Origin: Eledone cirrhosa
Taxonomy: Eukaryota
Direction of reading: 5' to 3'
Length of the DNA: 64,000 nucleotides
Assembly: GCA_964016885.1 (NCBI GenBank)
Contig: OZ024754.1
Location: 44,826,001-44,890,000 of the forward strand
Made by a program: the position numbers and the translations under genes
In this document: piece after piece, positions 44,499 to 60,100 of the stretch
Layout: every line of letters begins with the position of its first letter
Numbering within the stretch: the stretch's first letter is position 1
The notes under the pieces: generated by a model
Databases searched by the model: none
Told to the model about the DNA's origin: nothing
What the model saw: the letters and a program-made list of their open reading frames with translations, nothing else

Positions 44499-44876
44499 CG
44501 TTTCTGAATTTGTTTAGCAAGATTCTTTATCTGAAAACGTGTGTTGAAACCGATATTGTTATACTTTGGGAGGGTCATGTTGCCAATAAGAAACACACGC
44601 ACCAGTTGCTTTCACTTCAATTTATTATAATAAATTTATAAATTTAGGAATTTATAAATTTCCGGTTGGTTGGTTGGTTCCACAACCAGATGGTTGTTTA
44701 TATATTGTCAAAGTTCTTTCGTCACACATTCTGTGACCTCTTCAGTGACTGGGGATTCTTTTCTTTGTTTTTTGTGCCTCTCCTTTGTTCTGTCCTACGC
44801 CATCTTGTAGAAACAAGATGGCGTAAGACAGAACAAAGGAGAGGCATGACATGACCCTTCCAAAGTATAACAATAT
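44495..44876. mobile_element. Rearranged TGTTATACTTTGG-terminus repeat with nested inverted repeats; related pieces at 25730-26110 and 42679-42770
   Basis: Outer IR 44553-44580/44849-44876, inner 34-bp hairpin 44775-44846. 44495-44550 is the reverse complement of about 26056-26110. Confidence 0.65.
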
Positions 44877-45054
44877 ATATATATATATAACAAAGAAATA
44901 GAATATGAACTCTATAGATAATGAACACAACCCCAAGGATATGGTCCGAACTGTCATCGCCTCTCTCGCCCTCTCCATCTCTCTGTATGGTGAGCAAATG
45001 GGGTCCCACGTGCTGGCCTCCCCACAGCCCCGGCGAATACTCTAACCACCAAGC

Positions 45055-45675
45055 CACACGTCTTCACACCTACACATAAACACACACTAACACACACTAA
45101 CACACACTAACACACACTAACACACACTGACACACACTAACACACACTGACACACACTGACACACACTAACACACTAACACACGTCTTCACACCTACACA
45201 TAAACACACACTAACACACACTAACACACACTAACACACACTGACACACACTAACACACACTGACACACACTGACACACACTAACACACTAACACACGCC
45301 TTCACACCTACACATATAAACACACACTAACACACACTGACACACGCCTTCACACCTACACACATAAACACACACTAACACACACTAACACACACTGACA
45401 CACACTAACACACTAACACACGCCTTCACACCTACACATATAAACACACACTAACACACACTGACACACGCCTTCACACCTACACACATAAACACACACT
45501 AACACACACTAACACACACTGACACACACTAACACACTAACACACGCCTTCACACCTACACATATAAACACACACTAACACACACTGACACACGCCTTCA
45601 CACCTACACACATAAACACACACTAACACACACTGACACACACTGACACACACTAACACACACTAACACACACAC
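45055..45675. repeat. 10-bp (aacacacact) repeat with higher-order units
   Basis: Interspersed cttcacacctacacataaa spacers recur periodically. Confidence 0.85.
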
Positions 45676-46047
45676 ACTCATATTTACTAATGTCTAAAAC
45701 TATCTTGACTAAAATAAAATAAATCTTGTCACTTTGTTACTGGCCTGGATTGGGTAAAGAACTTAAATAAATCTTCCCAAATAAACATACACACAGACAC
45801 ACACACACACATATATATACAGACAGACACACACACACATATACAGACAGACACACACTCACACAGACACACATACACACAGACACACACACACACACAC
45901 ACATATACAGACAGACACACACACACATATACAGACAGACACACACTCACACAGACACACATACACACATACACACACACACACATATATATACAGACAG
46001 ACACACACACATATACAGACAGACACACACTCACACACTCACACAGA

Positions 46048-46085
<38 letters not shown>

Positions 46086-46170
46086 GACAGACACACACTC
46101 ACACACTCACACAGACACACACACACATATACAGACAGACACACACTCACACACTCACACAGACACACAG

Positions 46171-46203
<33 letters not shown>

Positions 46204-46739
46204 CAGACAGACAGACACACACACACACTCACACAGACACACTGACCAGATACCAATCAATCTTCATGTTCACATGTTCTAATCTGTAATTGACATTCAA
46301 GTGGTCAAGACATGCCCCCCCCCCCTCCACTGGTCAAGACATGACCCCCCCCCCCTCCACTTGTCAAGACATGACCCCCCCGCCCCTCCACTGGTGTTGT
46401 TGTACTGGTCAGCAACAGATGAGATTATTTTCTAGACAGGAGGAGGTCAGTTAATCCTTTCATCTTAAAACCTGTTTTTACTGGGTTACATGGCTACCTT
46501 CTCCTTCTTGTCCTTCTCCTTCTTCTTCTTCTTGTCCTTCTTCTTCTTCTTCTTCTTCTTCTTCTTCTTCTTCTTCTTCTTCACTTTGTTTTTGTTTCAT
46601 TTCACATTGTTATTGTTTTGGGGTTTAATCTTGTTGTTGTTGTTGTTGTTGTTTGTTATCATAAATTCAGTCGTCCACAAACATATAAGATTTCAAAGTA
46701 ACATCCGTTTTGTTATTGTAATGTTAGTGTTATATATCA

Positions 46740-47610
46740 TCATCATCATTGTCTCCATCATCATCACCACCACCACCACCACTATCTTCATCGTCGTCAT
46801 CATCATCATCACCATCATCATCTTCATCATCATTGTCCGTTCTTCCACGCTTGCATGGGTTGGACAGATCTTTTCCAGCACAGCATCTATCCACTCGTCA
46901 CGGTCCTTCATCAATTCAAATGTGAACTTCAGTGATTCGAGATCAGCCCTCATGATCTTTGCCAGGGTCTACCTTGGTCTTCCTCTATGGCAGCTTTCTT
47001 CCACTGGGATTTCTTTGCACTTCTTCATCCAACGAGAGGCCTCACATCCCCATACCCGTGCAGTTTCTCTCCTGTACACATCTCTTATACCCCTCTTTTC
47101 TCTCAGCTCATCCATGCTTCGTCATTTATGTACACTAACATAACATGTCTATACCAGTGTAGTCTTCCCTCTTATACACTTCTGTTATCTCTCAGCTCAT
47201 CCATACTTTGTCACTCATGAACACTAACATAACATGTCTATACCAGAGCAGTCTTTCCTCTTATACACTTCTTTTATCTCAGTTCATTCATGATTTGTCA
47301 TTCATTGCACCTTCATTCATTGATGCATTTTCATTCCATTTCTCTCCAGCCTTTGCACATTCTCTATAACTGCCAATGTCTCTCTACCATGCAGTATTGC
47401 ACATTACACGCAGGCACCATACAGCCTGACTTTCTTTCCTAGAGAGAAAACTTCTGTTGTCATCAGAGTCAGTAGCACCCTTAACGTCGTTTTACATCCT
47501 CATCTTCCTCTAGCTAGTATGCTCTTCGTTCAGTCTCCCCCGCTACTAATTTTATCACATAAGGAGCTGAAGCTATCAACCACTTCTATGGAGCTTTCCT
47601 GGGATTGGAA
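46740..47610 (-). mobile_element. Decayed RTE-clade LINE 3' end with (GAT)n tail and an internal duplication
   Basis: Minus strand gives VVDSF..DKISSGG, RLYGACV..LHG.ET, RGRPR..IMRADL..MKDRDEW. 3' tail gtccaacccatgcaagcgtggaagaacggac then gat repeats. Segment duplicated at about 47085-47290. Confidence 0.75.
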
Positions 47611-47729
47611 AACATTTATTTCACTGTTGCTCTTACTACCAACTACCCCTGTACATCTGTTACATTTATTATCATCTTTACTACTATCATCTTTGATGGA
47701 GGACATTCTTCCTTGGACAAGAAATCTGG

Positions 47730-47905
47730 GACATTATTTCCAACCCGCCCGTCCCTTCAATCTATCTTATTTCTCATTCTTTCTTCTGGTGAAGGACTAA
47801 CGTCCGAAACGCTAAGACCCTCTTCCTGCTGTATCAAGTGTTACCCTAATATATCCCTTCCATATACTGTACCGATTGTGTTGTTATTTCTGTTTACCTT
47901 TTACA
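47730..47905 (+). mobile_element. Penelope-like LTR fragment with hammerhead-like core (family P1)
   Basis: Close homolog at 60652-60826. Contains ctggtga-a-ggac/taac/gtcc-gaaac. Confidence 0.6.
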
Positions 47906-47927
47906 CACACACACACACACACACACA

Positions 47928-47982
<55 letters not shown>

Positions 47983-48054
47983 ATGCAAAAAGCAAACAGA
48001 AATGACAAAGCAAATGACACAGTACAATGAAGAAGAAATATATTAGTTTAACAC

Positions 48055-48125
48055 TTGAAATATTAGGAAAATAGCCTTAATGTTTCGGACACTAGTCCTT
48101 CATCAGAATATGGAATGAGAAATAA
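48055..48125 (-). mobile_element. Family P1-related copy, inverted
   Basis: Minus strand ttctgatgaaggactagtgtccgaaacattaagg. Confidence 0.55.
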
Positions 48126-48925
48126 AAGATGAAATAGAAAGATAGAGAGGGAGAAAGGAAAGGAACAGAAAAATAAAATTGAGAAAAAAACACAAGAATA
48201 TTCGATCAGCCATTTTGGTATGTATGTGTGTGTGTGTGTGTGTGCGCGCGCGCGCGCACGGGACAGGGGGGAGTGTGTGCGTGCGCACGAGAGGGGGGGG
48301 CGTGTGTGTGTGTGTGGATTGTGGCTCGATAGTGGGGAAGTGGTAGTAGCAGGGAATTGTTGGGGGTGAGACAGGTGTATGAAAGGTGGGTTGGGACAAG
48401 TAGACATTTCTACATCTCTGCCTGATAATCTGGTCTGGTCTGTCTCAGCTCTCTCTCTGGTCAACCAGTGCTAGCTGCTATTATGTTAACAAATCTAACC
48501 TAACCAACACACCAAACCAGCCCATACCAGTTATAGCCAGCTCAGTAACAAGTCAAATATTGTTTAATAGAATGGTAAGGAATATCATTCTTATTCTTAT
48601 TTCAAATCTATTTCTTAGCCTTTGTCTACGGCTTTTTCTATTTTGTTACTAAAAAAGAATAATATAATATATATATATATATGTATATATATATCATTAT
48701 TATCATCATCATCATCATCATCATCACCATTGTCACCATCATCACCACCACTTCTATAACACCACCACCACCATCATCACCACCATCATCACTTCTATAA
48801 CACCACCACCACCACCACCACTACACCTATTGTCTTTATTAAATAATATAATCCTCTCATTCTGAGAGTAAATATAGAAAATACCAGCCAGGTACAAACT
48901 CTTCCCATGTCAAATATCATGATAC

Positions 48926-49094
<169 letters not shown>

Positions 49095-49279
49095 GAGAAG
49101 TAAAGTTCTATACAAAACAGGGGATACAGAGAAAAGGTGAAGTTGGAAATAGCACGGAAAATATATTTAAGGGTTTGCTTTCCTTTTTTTTTTCCTTTCT
49201 TTGATTCGTCAAATTATTGAAAAAATGAGAGGGACAATTGTTTTTTAAAAAGTTTTATAATGTATATAAAGTATATAAT

Positions 49280-49468
49280 TGTTTCTACTTTTGGCACAAG
49301 GCCAGAAATTACCCAGTGTATTACTGGTACTTTATTTTATCGACCCCGTAATGATGAAAGGCAAAGTTAACCTCGGCAGGATTTGAACTCAGATCAGAAC
49401 TGGGCGTAACTCTGTGCTACAAAGCATGTTGTCCGACCCTCTACCGATACTGCCAAACTACCACCCTG
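49280..49468 (-). mobile_element. SINE, short-tail subfamily
   Basis: Near full length. Flanked by tatataaagtatataat on both sides (possible TSD, but inside a local 18-bp repeat). Confidence 0.85.
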
Positions 49469-49910
49469 TCTATATAAAGTATATAATGTATATAAAGTAT
49501 ATAATGTATATAAAGTATTACCGCTATCGATGTATTATTAAAATTAATCTTATCAAATGTTGAGATTTGAAATGAAAATTAAAAAGAATTAATAGGAGTT
49601 AAAAACTAAAAATTAAAGATTTAAAATTAAAATCAAATGGAGTAAATTTCCTTCCATCGTTCTCGCTCGAAATTTGGTGGTAAGTGAAGATGGCAGCATC
49701 TGTGTTTCTTCACAGAACAAAGTTGTTTTTTGGCAACATTCTGTAAACATATTTAACAACTTTGTTCTGTGAAGAAACACAGCTGCTGCTATCTAGCTGT
49801 CGAAACGGCCGGAGCTCAGCCGTCGGGGGTCCTGACTCTTTTCATATATGAGTTCAGAAATAGCCGTCGAAACGGCTTGAGCTCTGCCGTCGGGGTCTTG
49901 AACATTTTCC

Positions 49911-49964
<54 letters not shown>

Positions 49965-51413
49965 CGTGTGGGTGGGTGTGTGTGTTTGCGTGTGTGTGTA
50001 CACACACTAACATATTAATATATGTAACGCACATAAAGAACGGTAGAACATAAAAAAATATCAACTTCCAGCATCCGTAAAAAGCGGTCATTGTCGTGAT
50101 TGGTGGAACGTCTGGTCACGTGCTACTAACTTGGCAGAGAGAAACATTTTTGGCACTACATGTGACACGAACACACGCACACATATTACTGTACATACAT
50201 ATACATTACTTCATAGGCAACACTTCTCACAAACACACACACATGGTTGGATAACATCCATGGGCTTGGCTGGTCACGGTTGGGTATCCAACCGTGACCA
50301 GTTAGAGACGGTTGCTTCTGACAGGATCTGCTGGTAGCAGGGTTTGAGGACTCCATTGACCCTCAGGGGGAGAAGAAGAAGAAGAAGAAGAAGAAGGAAA
50401 GAAGAAGAAGAAGAAAAAGAAGAAGGCCTAATTACAGTAGTGTCAAAATTGTTATTACAACTAATGTAAATATACACATGTACATAGTCAAATAATATAC
50501 ACCCACCTAAATAATATACACCCACTATAGAAATATATTTCAATATTGATACATTGTATATTTAGGGGATTATGGTATATAATAGTTTATACATATATAT
50601 ATAAACACACACACTTATATACATATAAACACACACACTTATATACATATAAACACACACTTATACACATATAAACACACACTTATACACATATAAACAC
50701 ACACTTATACACATATAACCACACACACATACACAGCCACTTTACTGTGAGACCCAAAATCAAAACATTTTCGTCCCTCCAACAATTATTTTGTCACTCT
50801 CTCTCAAAATATTACCCCTCCCTACTAAAACATACCTTTCTCACCCTCTCTATATACTACTACATGCCTCTCTCTCTCTCTGTCACTAGACCAGCATTCT
50901 TCCCCTCTCATTAAACCACAAAATGTTCTCCCCCTCTCTATATCCCACTACATACCTCTCTCTCTCTTTCACTCTCAAAATGCCCTCTCACTAAGCCAAC
51001 AAATTCTATCCCCCTCTCTATATTTTACTATATAAGTCACTCTCTTTCACTCTCTTAATTCACCCTCTCTCACTAAACCAACAAAATCTCTCCCCCCTCA
51101 CTCTATACCACTACATACCTCACTCTCTCACAATTCCCCCTCTCTCACTAGACCACCAATAAATGTCCCCCTCTCTATATCCTATTACATACCTCACTCT
51201 CTCACACAATTCCCCCTCTCTCACTCAGCCTCCAAATGTTCTCCCTCTCTCTATAACCCACTGCATACCTCACTCTCTCTAACATTTCTGTAAATAGGGA
51301 AGGTTTCTAAGTGTGTGTACACACACACACATATGTATGTATATATATATGTGTGTGTATATGTGCATGTGTGTCTGTGACCAGTATATGTATATATATA
51401 TATATATACATAT

Positions 51414-51496
<83 letters not shown>

Positions 51497-51509
51497 CATA
51501 TATACATAT

Positions 51510-51805
<296 letters not shown>

Positions 51806-51908
51806 GTACATATGGGTTCGGCACAACCTCGAATCGGGCCGTTTGTTTACAAACGACGCGAACATTACTTTTAATGTTCGATATAATCCCTACGTACATA
51901 TGTATATC

Positions 51909-51967
<59 letters not shown>

Positions 51968-52075
51968 GGAAATCAGTAAAATCGAATCTCTGGCGGTTTG
52001 CAAGTGAATTCGGCCCACTTATATGAAATGATGAGTTAGCAAAGCACTCAATAAGATAGGACCTTAGAGTAATAA

Positions 52076-52240
52076 CTGTTTCTACTTTAGGCACAAGGCC
52101 ATCAATTACCCAGTACATTACTGGTATTTTATTTTATCGACCCCGTAAGGATGAAAGGCAAAGTTAACCTCGGCGGGATTTGAACTCGGACTGTAAAGGG
52201 AGGACGTAACTATGCTGGAAAGCATGGCGTCCGACTCTCT
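52076..52240 (-). mobile_element. SINE, short-tail subfamily
   Basis: Reverse complement of the consensus, very similar to the 56820 copy. Confidence 0.85.
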
Positions 52241-52550
52241 AAAAGCTTGACAAATCGAACATTGTGGTAGGCTAAACTAACACACAATATATATACCAGA
52301 GCAACGATAGAACTAATCAGGTTGAGAAAAAGTACACCTGGACAAATTAAACGAATAGTCGCTCAAAGTGATTCTTTGAATCCTAAATCAAATATCCGAC
52401 TTACTTGAAAGGCAAGCTCCTGGCATTGGTGACCGAACGTTGGATTCAGTTTTTCAACAGGTTTATCGTTCTTCCTGGGATGGGAGTGATAAATTATATG
52501 TTGTTGCAATAAGCTGCTAATCGTATCTATAATTATCACGTGATATATTA

Positions 52551-52807
52551 CCGTATTTCCCGGCGCCGAAGAAGCTACTTTTTCCCCTAAAATGAGTCTC
52601 AAAACTCTACCATGCGTCCTGGAGGCCGAAGGTTGTTTAACTTTGCTTTTCATCCTTACGGGGTCGATAAAATAAAGTACCAGTAATGTACTGGGTGATT
52701 GCTGGCCTTGTGCCTAAAATAGAAACAATTATTTTTTTCAAAGTTTTGGTTGTCAAAATTAGGGTGCGTCCTCGAGGACGAAGCGTCTTCGGCGCCGGGA
52801 AATATAG
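52551..52807. mobile_element. Tc1/mariner (pogo-like) MITE with TA target duplication, interrupted by a SINE
   Basis: TIRs TA|CCGTATTTCCCGGCGCCGAAGA and TCTTCGGCGCCGGGAAATATAG|TA (2 mismatches). SINE 3' part nested at about 52637-52729. Confidence 0.85.
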
Positions 52808-52931
52808 TATTATCTAGCTGTCGAAACGGGCGGAGCTCAGCCGTCGGGGTCCTCACCCTGTTCCTATTACCCACTCTACTACCCTAAGTGTCGAGTACTC
52901 TGGTGCGTTATGGTCCACCTGGTTTCTTACC

Positions 52932-52990
<59 letters not shown>

Positions 52991-52993
52991 ATG

Positions 52994-53025
<32 letters not shown>

Positions 53026-54017
53026 AATAGGATAATGACCCCTTGGGTCACGAATAACCATGGGTTTTGCACCTAGAAATATCCCTTCTAAGGTACACAA
53101 GCTCAGACAAGATGCTTTTGTAGTGGACCATACAAACCTGTCACCCCTCTCAATTCCATGGATGACAACCAAGGGAAAGGTAATGGGTGATACAGCTTGA
53201 CACCAGTGTGCACCTTGCTACCACTCTATATATCTTGTTCGATCTATCGATCTATCGATCTATCGATCTACTAAGCAACATTAACAATATCAATAAGGTA
53301 TAACTTCTACTCTGTTGCTTGACTTGCTAGAAACAGGAGTGAAATGGTCCTTAAATCCCACTTTAAAAAAAAAGGGTCACATTGGATGGTATAGACAGTT
53401 ATACTAACCCCTATAATGACGGGATGGTCACGGTTGGAATTATTTTGATGACAAGTATGGTTAATCTGGGCGGGGTAGGGGTTGTTGAAAGAACAATTAC
53501 ACCTACACCACACCACTACGACCACCACGACGACCACCACCACCACCACCACAACCACCACCACTACTTCCACCACTACCTCTGCTACCACCACTGCTAC
53601 CACCACCACTACCACTACTACCGCCACTACTACCACCACCACCACCACCACCACCACTACCATTACTACCACCACCACCACCACTACCACCACCACTACA
53701 CCACCACCACCACCACCACTACCACCACCACTACACCACCACCACCACCACCACTACCACCAACACCTACACCACCAACACTACCACCACCTCCACCACC
53801 GCTACCACCACTACCACCACCACTACCACCACTGCTACCACCACCAGACCACTACTACCACCACCACCACCACCAACCACTGTTGTTCTGATATCTGAAA
53901 CAGCAGCAGCAGCCGCCATAGAAAAACATTTGTTAGTTTGGTATCCAAGGGAAACTGTCCTAGGTTACGTCGACAGAGAAGTGCGTATATATATAAACAT
54001 ACATACACAGACACATA

Positions 54018-54059
<42 letters not shown>

Positions 54060-54245
54060 TACATACATATATATATATACAGATACATACATACATATAT
54101 ATACACACAGTGATACATATATATATATATATATATACATATATACACACAATGTAAACAGACAATGGCATACTTTTAAATATATACGTATAAACATACA
54201 TATGTATATACAAATGTAAACATATTCACATACTATATACATATA

Positions 54246-54287
<42 letters not shown>

Positions 54288-54630
54288 CACACACATGTAA
54301 ACGCAACCACATACGTTTATATACATAAACACACAGCTGTATATATATATACATTATACATACATGATATATATAAGTACTTTATAGAATATCGCTACGG
54401 TTCCTCAGTGCGTGTGTGATGTATATTAGATATATACGAACAAGTTTACCATGGTATGTAATTTATATGTATATATATATATATATTCCAAATGATTTCA
54501 TACGAATGAAACAGTTCTACTCTTGTAGAAGTCATTTCTTTATAAAATAAATATACTTATTTTCTATTAACTTATTGAGTACTTTGTTTAACTGGCTAGT
54601 ATATGTCGGGTGGATACCATCTTCTATATA

Positions 54631-54767
<137 letters not shown>

Positions 54768-54786
54768 ATATATATATGTGTGTGTC

Positions 54787-54819
<33 letters not shown>

Positions 54820-54866
54820 ATATATATATATGTGTGTGTCTATATATATATATATATATGTATGTG

Positions 54867-54917
<51 letters not shown>

Positions 54918-55419
54918 GTATGTGCGCGTATACCATGCGTGTATAGTATCTACTAATGATACACACGTGTCTGTGTGTTGTATCTACACGTGCGTGTGTA
55001 TACGAGAATGTATACGTATATTCCTGTGTGTGTGTGTGTGTGAGTGAGTCACTATACGTATATTCATGTATGTGTATGAGTGAGACAGTATATGTATGTT
55101 GCTATGTGTGAGTGTCGGTCACTATACGTATATTCGTCTGTATGTGTGTATGTATATTGCTATGAGTGTGTATGTGTGTATGTATATTGCTATGAGTGTG
55201 TATGTGTGTATGTATATTGCTATGAGTGTGTACGTGTATGTATGTATGTATGTATATTGCTATGAGTGTGTATGTATATTCCTATGAGTGTGTATGTGTA
55301 TGTGTGTATGTATATTGCTACGAGTGTGTATGTGTATATGTATATTGCTATGTGTGTGTGTGTGTGTGGCCCAGTATATGTGTGTGTAAAGTTTGTTTTG
55401 TTTTGTTTTTGCTTATTCA

Positions 55420-55455
55420 ACATTATTAATCCATTCTACTTCTCACCTTCCACAG
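55420..55455 (+). promoter_or_regulatory. Putative 3' splice acceptor opening a long 5'UTR+ATG exon (55456-56439) of the EML gene
   Basis: ttattaat (branch-like), then pyrimidine tract ccattctacttctcaccttc and cacag|G at 55455. No transcript evidence. Confidence 0.45.
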
Positions 55456-56140
55456 GTAGGACAGATGCCGACTTAGGAAGACCAGCATCTCTTGATATTA
55501 CGATAAACTACCAACACCACCCCCAACACCAACACCACCATCATCACCACCAACACCATCATCATCACCATCACCACCACCATTACCACCATCATCATCA
55601 CCATCACCACCATCACTATCGCCATCATCAACAACAACAACAAGAACTATAGCAACAGGAAAGAGACGTTGGCGACTGCGATGGAGAAGGAAAACAGATT
55701 TCGGTGAAGAAGAGAGAAGCGGAAGAGGAGGGATATTGGTAGAGGGGAGAGGGGGAACTAACAACAACAACAACAGCATCAACTACTACTCTTACTACTG
55801 CAACAACTGACATAACTTTAACCATCACCACATAACTACTAGCACCACCACCACCACCACCACCACTACTGTCACCACCACCACCACATAACTACTAGCA
55901 CCACCATCACTACTGTCACCACCACCACCACATAACTACTAGCACCACCACCACCACTACTGTCACCATCACCACCACATAACTACTAGCACCACCACCA
56001 CCACTACCATCAACGCCACCACCACCACCACCACCACCACCACTACTGTCACCGTCACCACCACATAACTACTAACACCACCACCACCACTACCATCAAC
56101 GCCACCACCACCACCAAGTACCACCACCACCACCACATAA

Positions 56141-56440
<300 letters not shown>

Positions 56441-56672
56441 TAAGTCTCTCTCTCTCTCTCTCCCCCTCTCTCTCTCTCTTTCTCTCTCTCCCCCTCTCTC
56501 TGTCTTCCCCCTCTCTCTCTTTCTCTCTCTCTCTGTCTCCCCCCTCTCTCCCCCCTCTTTCTCTCTCTCTCAATACAATTAATTATTTGGTTAATTGTAT
56601 CGAGTACCCTGCTGTGTTATGCTCCACCTGGTATCTTACCACGCCCTCTTTCTTATATATATTTATAACAAA

Positions 56673-56735
56673 GTCTAACCCATTCTAGCGTGGAAGATGG
56701 ACGTTAAACGATGATGATGATAATGATGATGATGA
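56673..56735 (+). mobile_element. Short RTE-type 3' tail (LINE or RTE-tailed SINE) in EML intron 1
   Basis: gtctaacccattctagcgtggaagatggacgttaaacgatgatgat resembles the tail at about 46835-46870 (minus strand). Confidence 0.6.
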
Positions 56736-56819
56736 TATATATATAACCACAAAACAGTAATTACTACAATTAATTAATACAACTAATTACCTAAAACTAA
56801 TATTTTAACATTATATGAT

Positions 56820-56993
56820 TGGCAGAATTGGTAGAGGGTCGGACGCCATGCTTTCCAGCATAGTTACGTCCCTTTACGATCTGAGTTCAAATCCCGCCAA
56901 GGTTAACTTTGCCTTTCATCCTTACGAGGTCGATAAAATAAAGTACCAGTAATGTACTGAGTAATTGCTGGCCTTGTGCCGAAAGTAGAAACA
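56820..56993 (+). mobile_element. tRNA-derived octopod SINE, short-tail subfamily, in EML intron 1
   Basis: A-box tggcagaattgg, B-box gagttcaaatccc, body ggttaactttgcctttcatcc...gataaaataaagtaccag, tail gctggccttgtgcc.aaagtagaaac, TSD attatatgat. Confidence 0.9.
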
Positions 56994-57112
56994 ATTATAT
57001 GATATAGATATTTTCTATGCGATTATTAAATTCTTCGTAGAATTTAAGTCAGTCGCAGACTGACCAGAATATTGTCACAGGGTTACTATAATAATTATGT
57101 CTGTTGCTAAGA

Positions 57113-60100
57113 TAGCACTGCGTAACCCTGTACTGTGTAACCCTGTACTGTATAGCCCTGTACTGTATAACCCTGTACTGTATAGCCCTGTACTGTATAA
57201 CCCTGTACTGTATAGCCCTGTACTGTATAACCCTGTACTGTATAGCCCTGTACTGTATAGCACTGTACTGTATAGCACTGTACTGTATAGCCCTGTACTG
57301 TATAGCACTGTACTGCGTAACCCTGTACTGTGTAACCCTGTACTGTATAGCCCTGTACTGTATAACCCTGTACTGTATAGCCCTGTACTGTATAACCCTG
57401 TACTGTATAGCCCTGTACTGTATAACCCTGTACTGTATAGCCCTGTACTGTATAGCACTGTACTGTATAGCACTGTACTGTATAGCCCTGTACTGTATAG
57501 CACTGTACTGCGTAACCCTGTACTGTATAACCCTGTACTGTATAGCACTGTACTGTATAGCCCTGTACTGTATAGCCCTGTACTGTATAGCCCTGTACTG
57601 TATAGCCCTGTACTGTATAGCACTGTACTGCGTAACCCTGTACTGTATAACCCTGTACTGTATAGCACTGTACTGTATAGCCCTGTACTGTATAGCCCTG
57701 TACTGTATAGCCCTGTACTGTATAGCCCTGTACTGTATAGCACTGTACTGTATAACCCTGTACTGTATAGCACTGTACTGCGTAACCCTGTACTGTATAG
57801 CACTGTACTGTATAACCCTGTACTGTATAGCACTGTACTGCGTAACCCTGTACTGTGTAACCCTGTACTGTATAGCACTGTACTGTATAACCCTGTACTG
57901 TATAACCCTGTACTGTATAGCACTGTACTGTATAACCCTGTACTGTATAACCCTGTACTGTATAGCACTGTACTGTATAACCCTGTACTGTATAACCCTG
58001 TACTGTATAACCCTGTACTGTATAACCCTGTACTGTATAACCCTGTACTGTATAGCACTGTACTGTATAACCCTGTACTGTATAACCCTGTACTGTATAA
58101 CCCTGTAATCTATAGCCCTGTACTGTATAACCCTGTACTGTATAACCCTGTACTGTATAACCCTGTACTGTATAGCCCTGTACTGTATAGCCCTGTACTG
58201 TATAACCCTGTACTGTATAACCCTGTACTGTATAGCCCTGTACTGTATAGCCCTGTACTGTATAGCCCTGTACTGTATAACCCTGTACTGTATAGCCCTG
58301 TACTGTATAACCCTGTACTGTATAGCCCTGTACTGTATAACCCTGTAATCTATAGCCCTGTACTGTATAGCCCTGTACTGTATAACCCTGTACTGTATAA
58401 CCCTGTACTGTATAGCCCTGTACTGTATAACCCTGTAATCTATAGCCCTGTACTGTATAGCCCTGTACTGTATAACCCTGTACTGTATAACCCTGTACTG
58501 TATAGCCCTGTACTGTATAACCCTGTACTGTATAGCCCTGTACTGTATAACCCTGTAATCTATAGCCCTGTACTGTATAGCCCTGTACTGTATAACCCTG
58601 TACTGTATAACCCTGTACTGTATAGCCCTGTACTGTATAACCCTGTAATCTATAGCCCTGTACTGTATAACCCTGTAATCTATAGCCCTGTACTGTATAG
58701 CCCTGTACTGTATAACCCTGTACTGTATAACCCTGTACTGTATAGCCCTGTACTGTATAACCCTGTACTGTATAACCCTGTACTGTATAGCCCTGTACTG
58801 TATAACCCTGTACTGTATAGCACTGTACTGTATAGCCCTGTACTGTATAACCCTGTACTGTATAGCCCTGTACTGTATAGCCCTGTACTGTATAACCCTG
58901 TACTGTGTAACCCTGTACTGTATAACCCTGTACTGTATAACCCTGTACTGTATAACCCTGTACTGTATAACCCTGTACTGTATAGCACTGTACTGTATAG
59001 CCCTGTACTGTATAACCCTGTACTGTATAACCCTGTACTGTATAACCCTGTACTGTATAGCACTGTACTGTATAACCCTGTACTGTATAGCCCTGTACTG
59101 TATAGCCCTGTACTGTATAGCCCTGTACTGTATAACCCTGTACTGTATAACCCTGTACTGTATAGCCCTGTACTGTATAACCCTGTAATCTATAGCCCTG
59201 TACTGTATAACCCTGTACTGTATAACCCTGTACTGTATAACCCTGTACTGTATAACCCTGTACTGTATAGCCCTGTACTGTGTAACCCTGTACTGTATAA
59301 CCCTGTACTGTGTAACCCTGTACTGTATAGCCCTGTACTGTATAACCCTGTACTGTGTAACCCTGTACTGTATAACCCTGTACTGTATAACCCTGTACTG
59401 TGTAACCCTGTACTGTGTAACCCTGTACTGTGTAACCCTGTACTGTGTAACCCTGTACTGTGTAACCCTGTACTGTGTAACCCTGTACTGTATAACCCTG
59501 TACTGTGTAACCCTGTACTGTGTAACCCTGTACTGTATAACCCTGTACTGTGTAACCCTGTACTGTGTAACCCTGTACTGTGTAACCCTGTACTGTATAA
59601 CCCTGTACTGTGTAACCCTGTACTGTGTAACCCTGTACTGTATAACCCTGTACTGTGTAACCCTGTACTGTATAGCCCTGTACTGTATAACCCTGTACTG
59701 TATAACCCTGTACTGTATAGCCCTGTACTGTATAGCCCTGTACTGTATAGCCCTGTACTGTATAGCCCTGTACTGTATAGCCCTGTACTGTATAACCCTG
59801 TACTGTATAGCCCTGTACTGTATAGCCCTGTACTGTATAGCCCTGTACTGTATAGCCCTGTACTGTATAACCCTGTACTGTATAGCCCTGTACTGTATAA
59901 CCCTGTACTGTATAGCCCTGTACTGTATAACCCTGTACTGTATAACCCTGTACTGTATAGCACTGTACTGTATAACCCTGTACTGTGTAACCCTGTACTG
60001 TATAACCCTGTACTGTATAGCCCTGTACTGTATAACCCTGTACTGTATAACCCTGTACTGTATAACCCTGTACTGTATAGCACTGTACTGTATAGCACTG

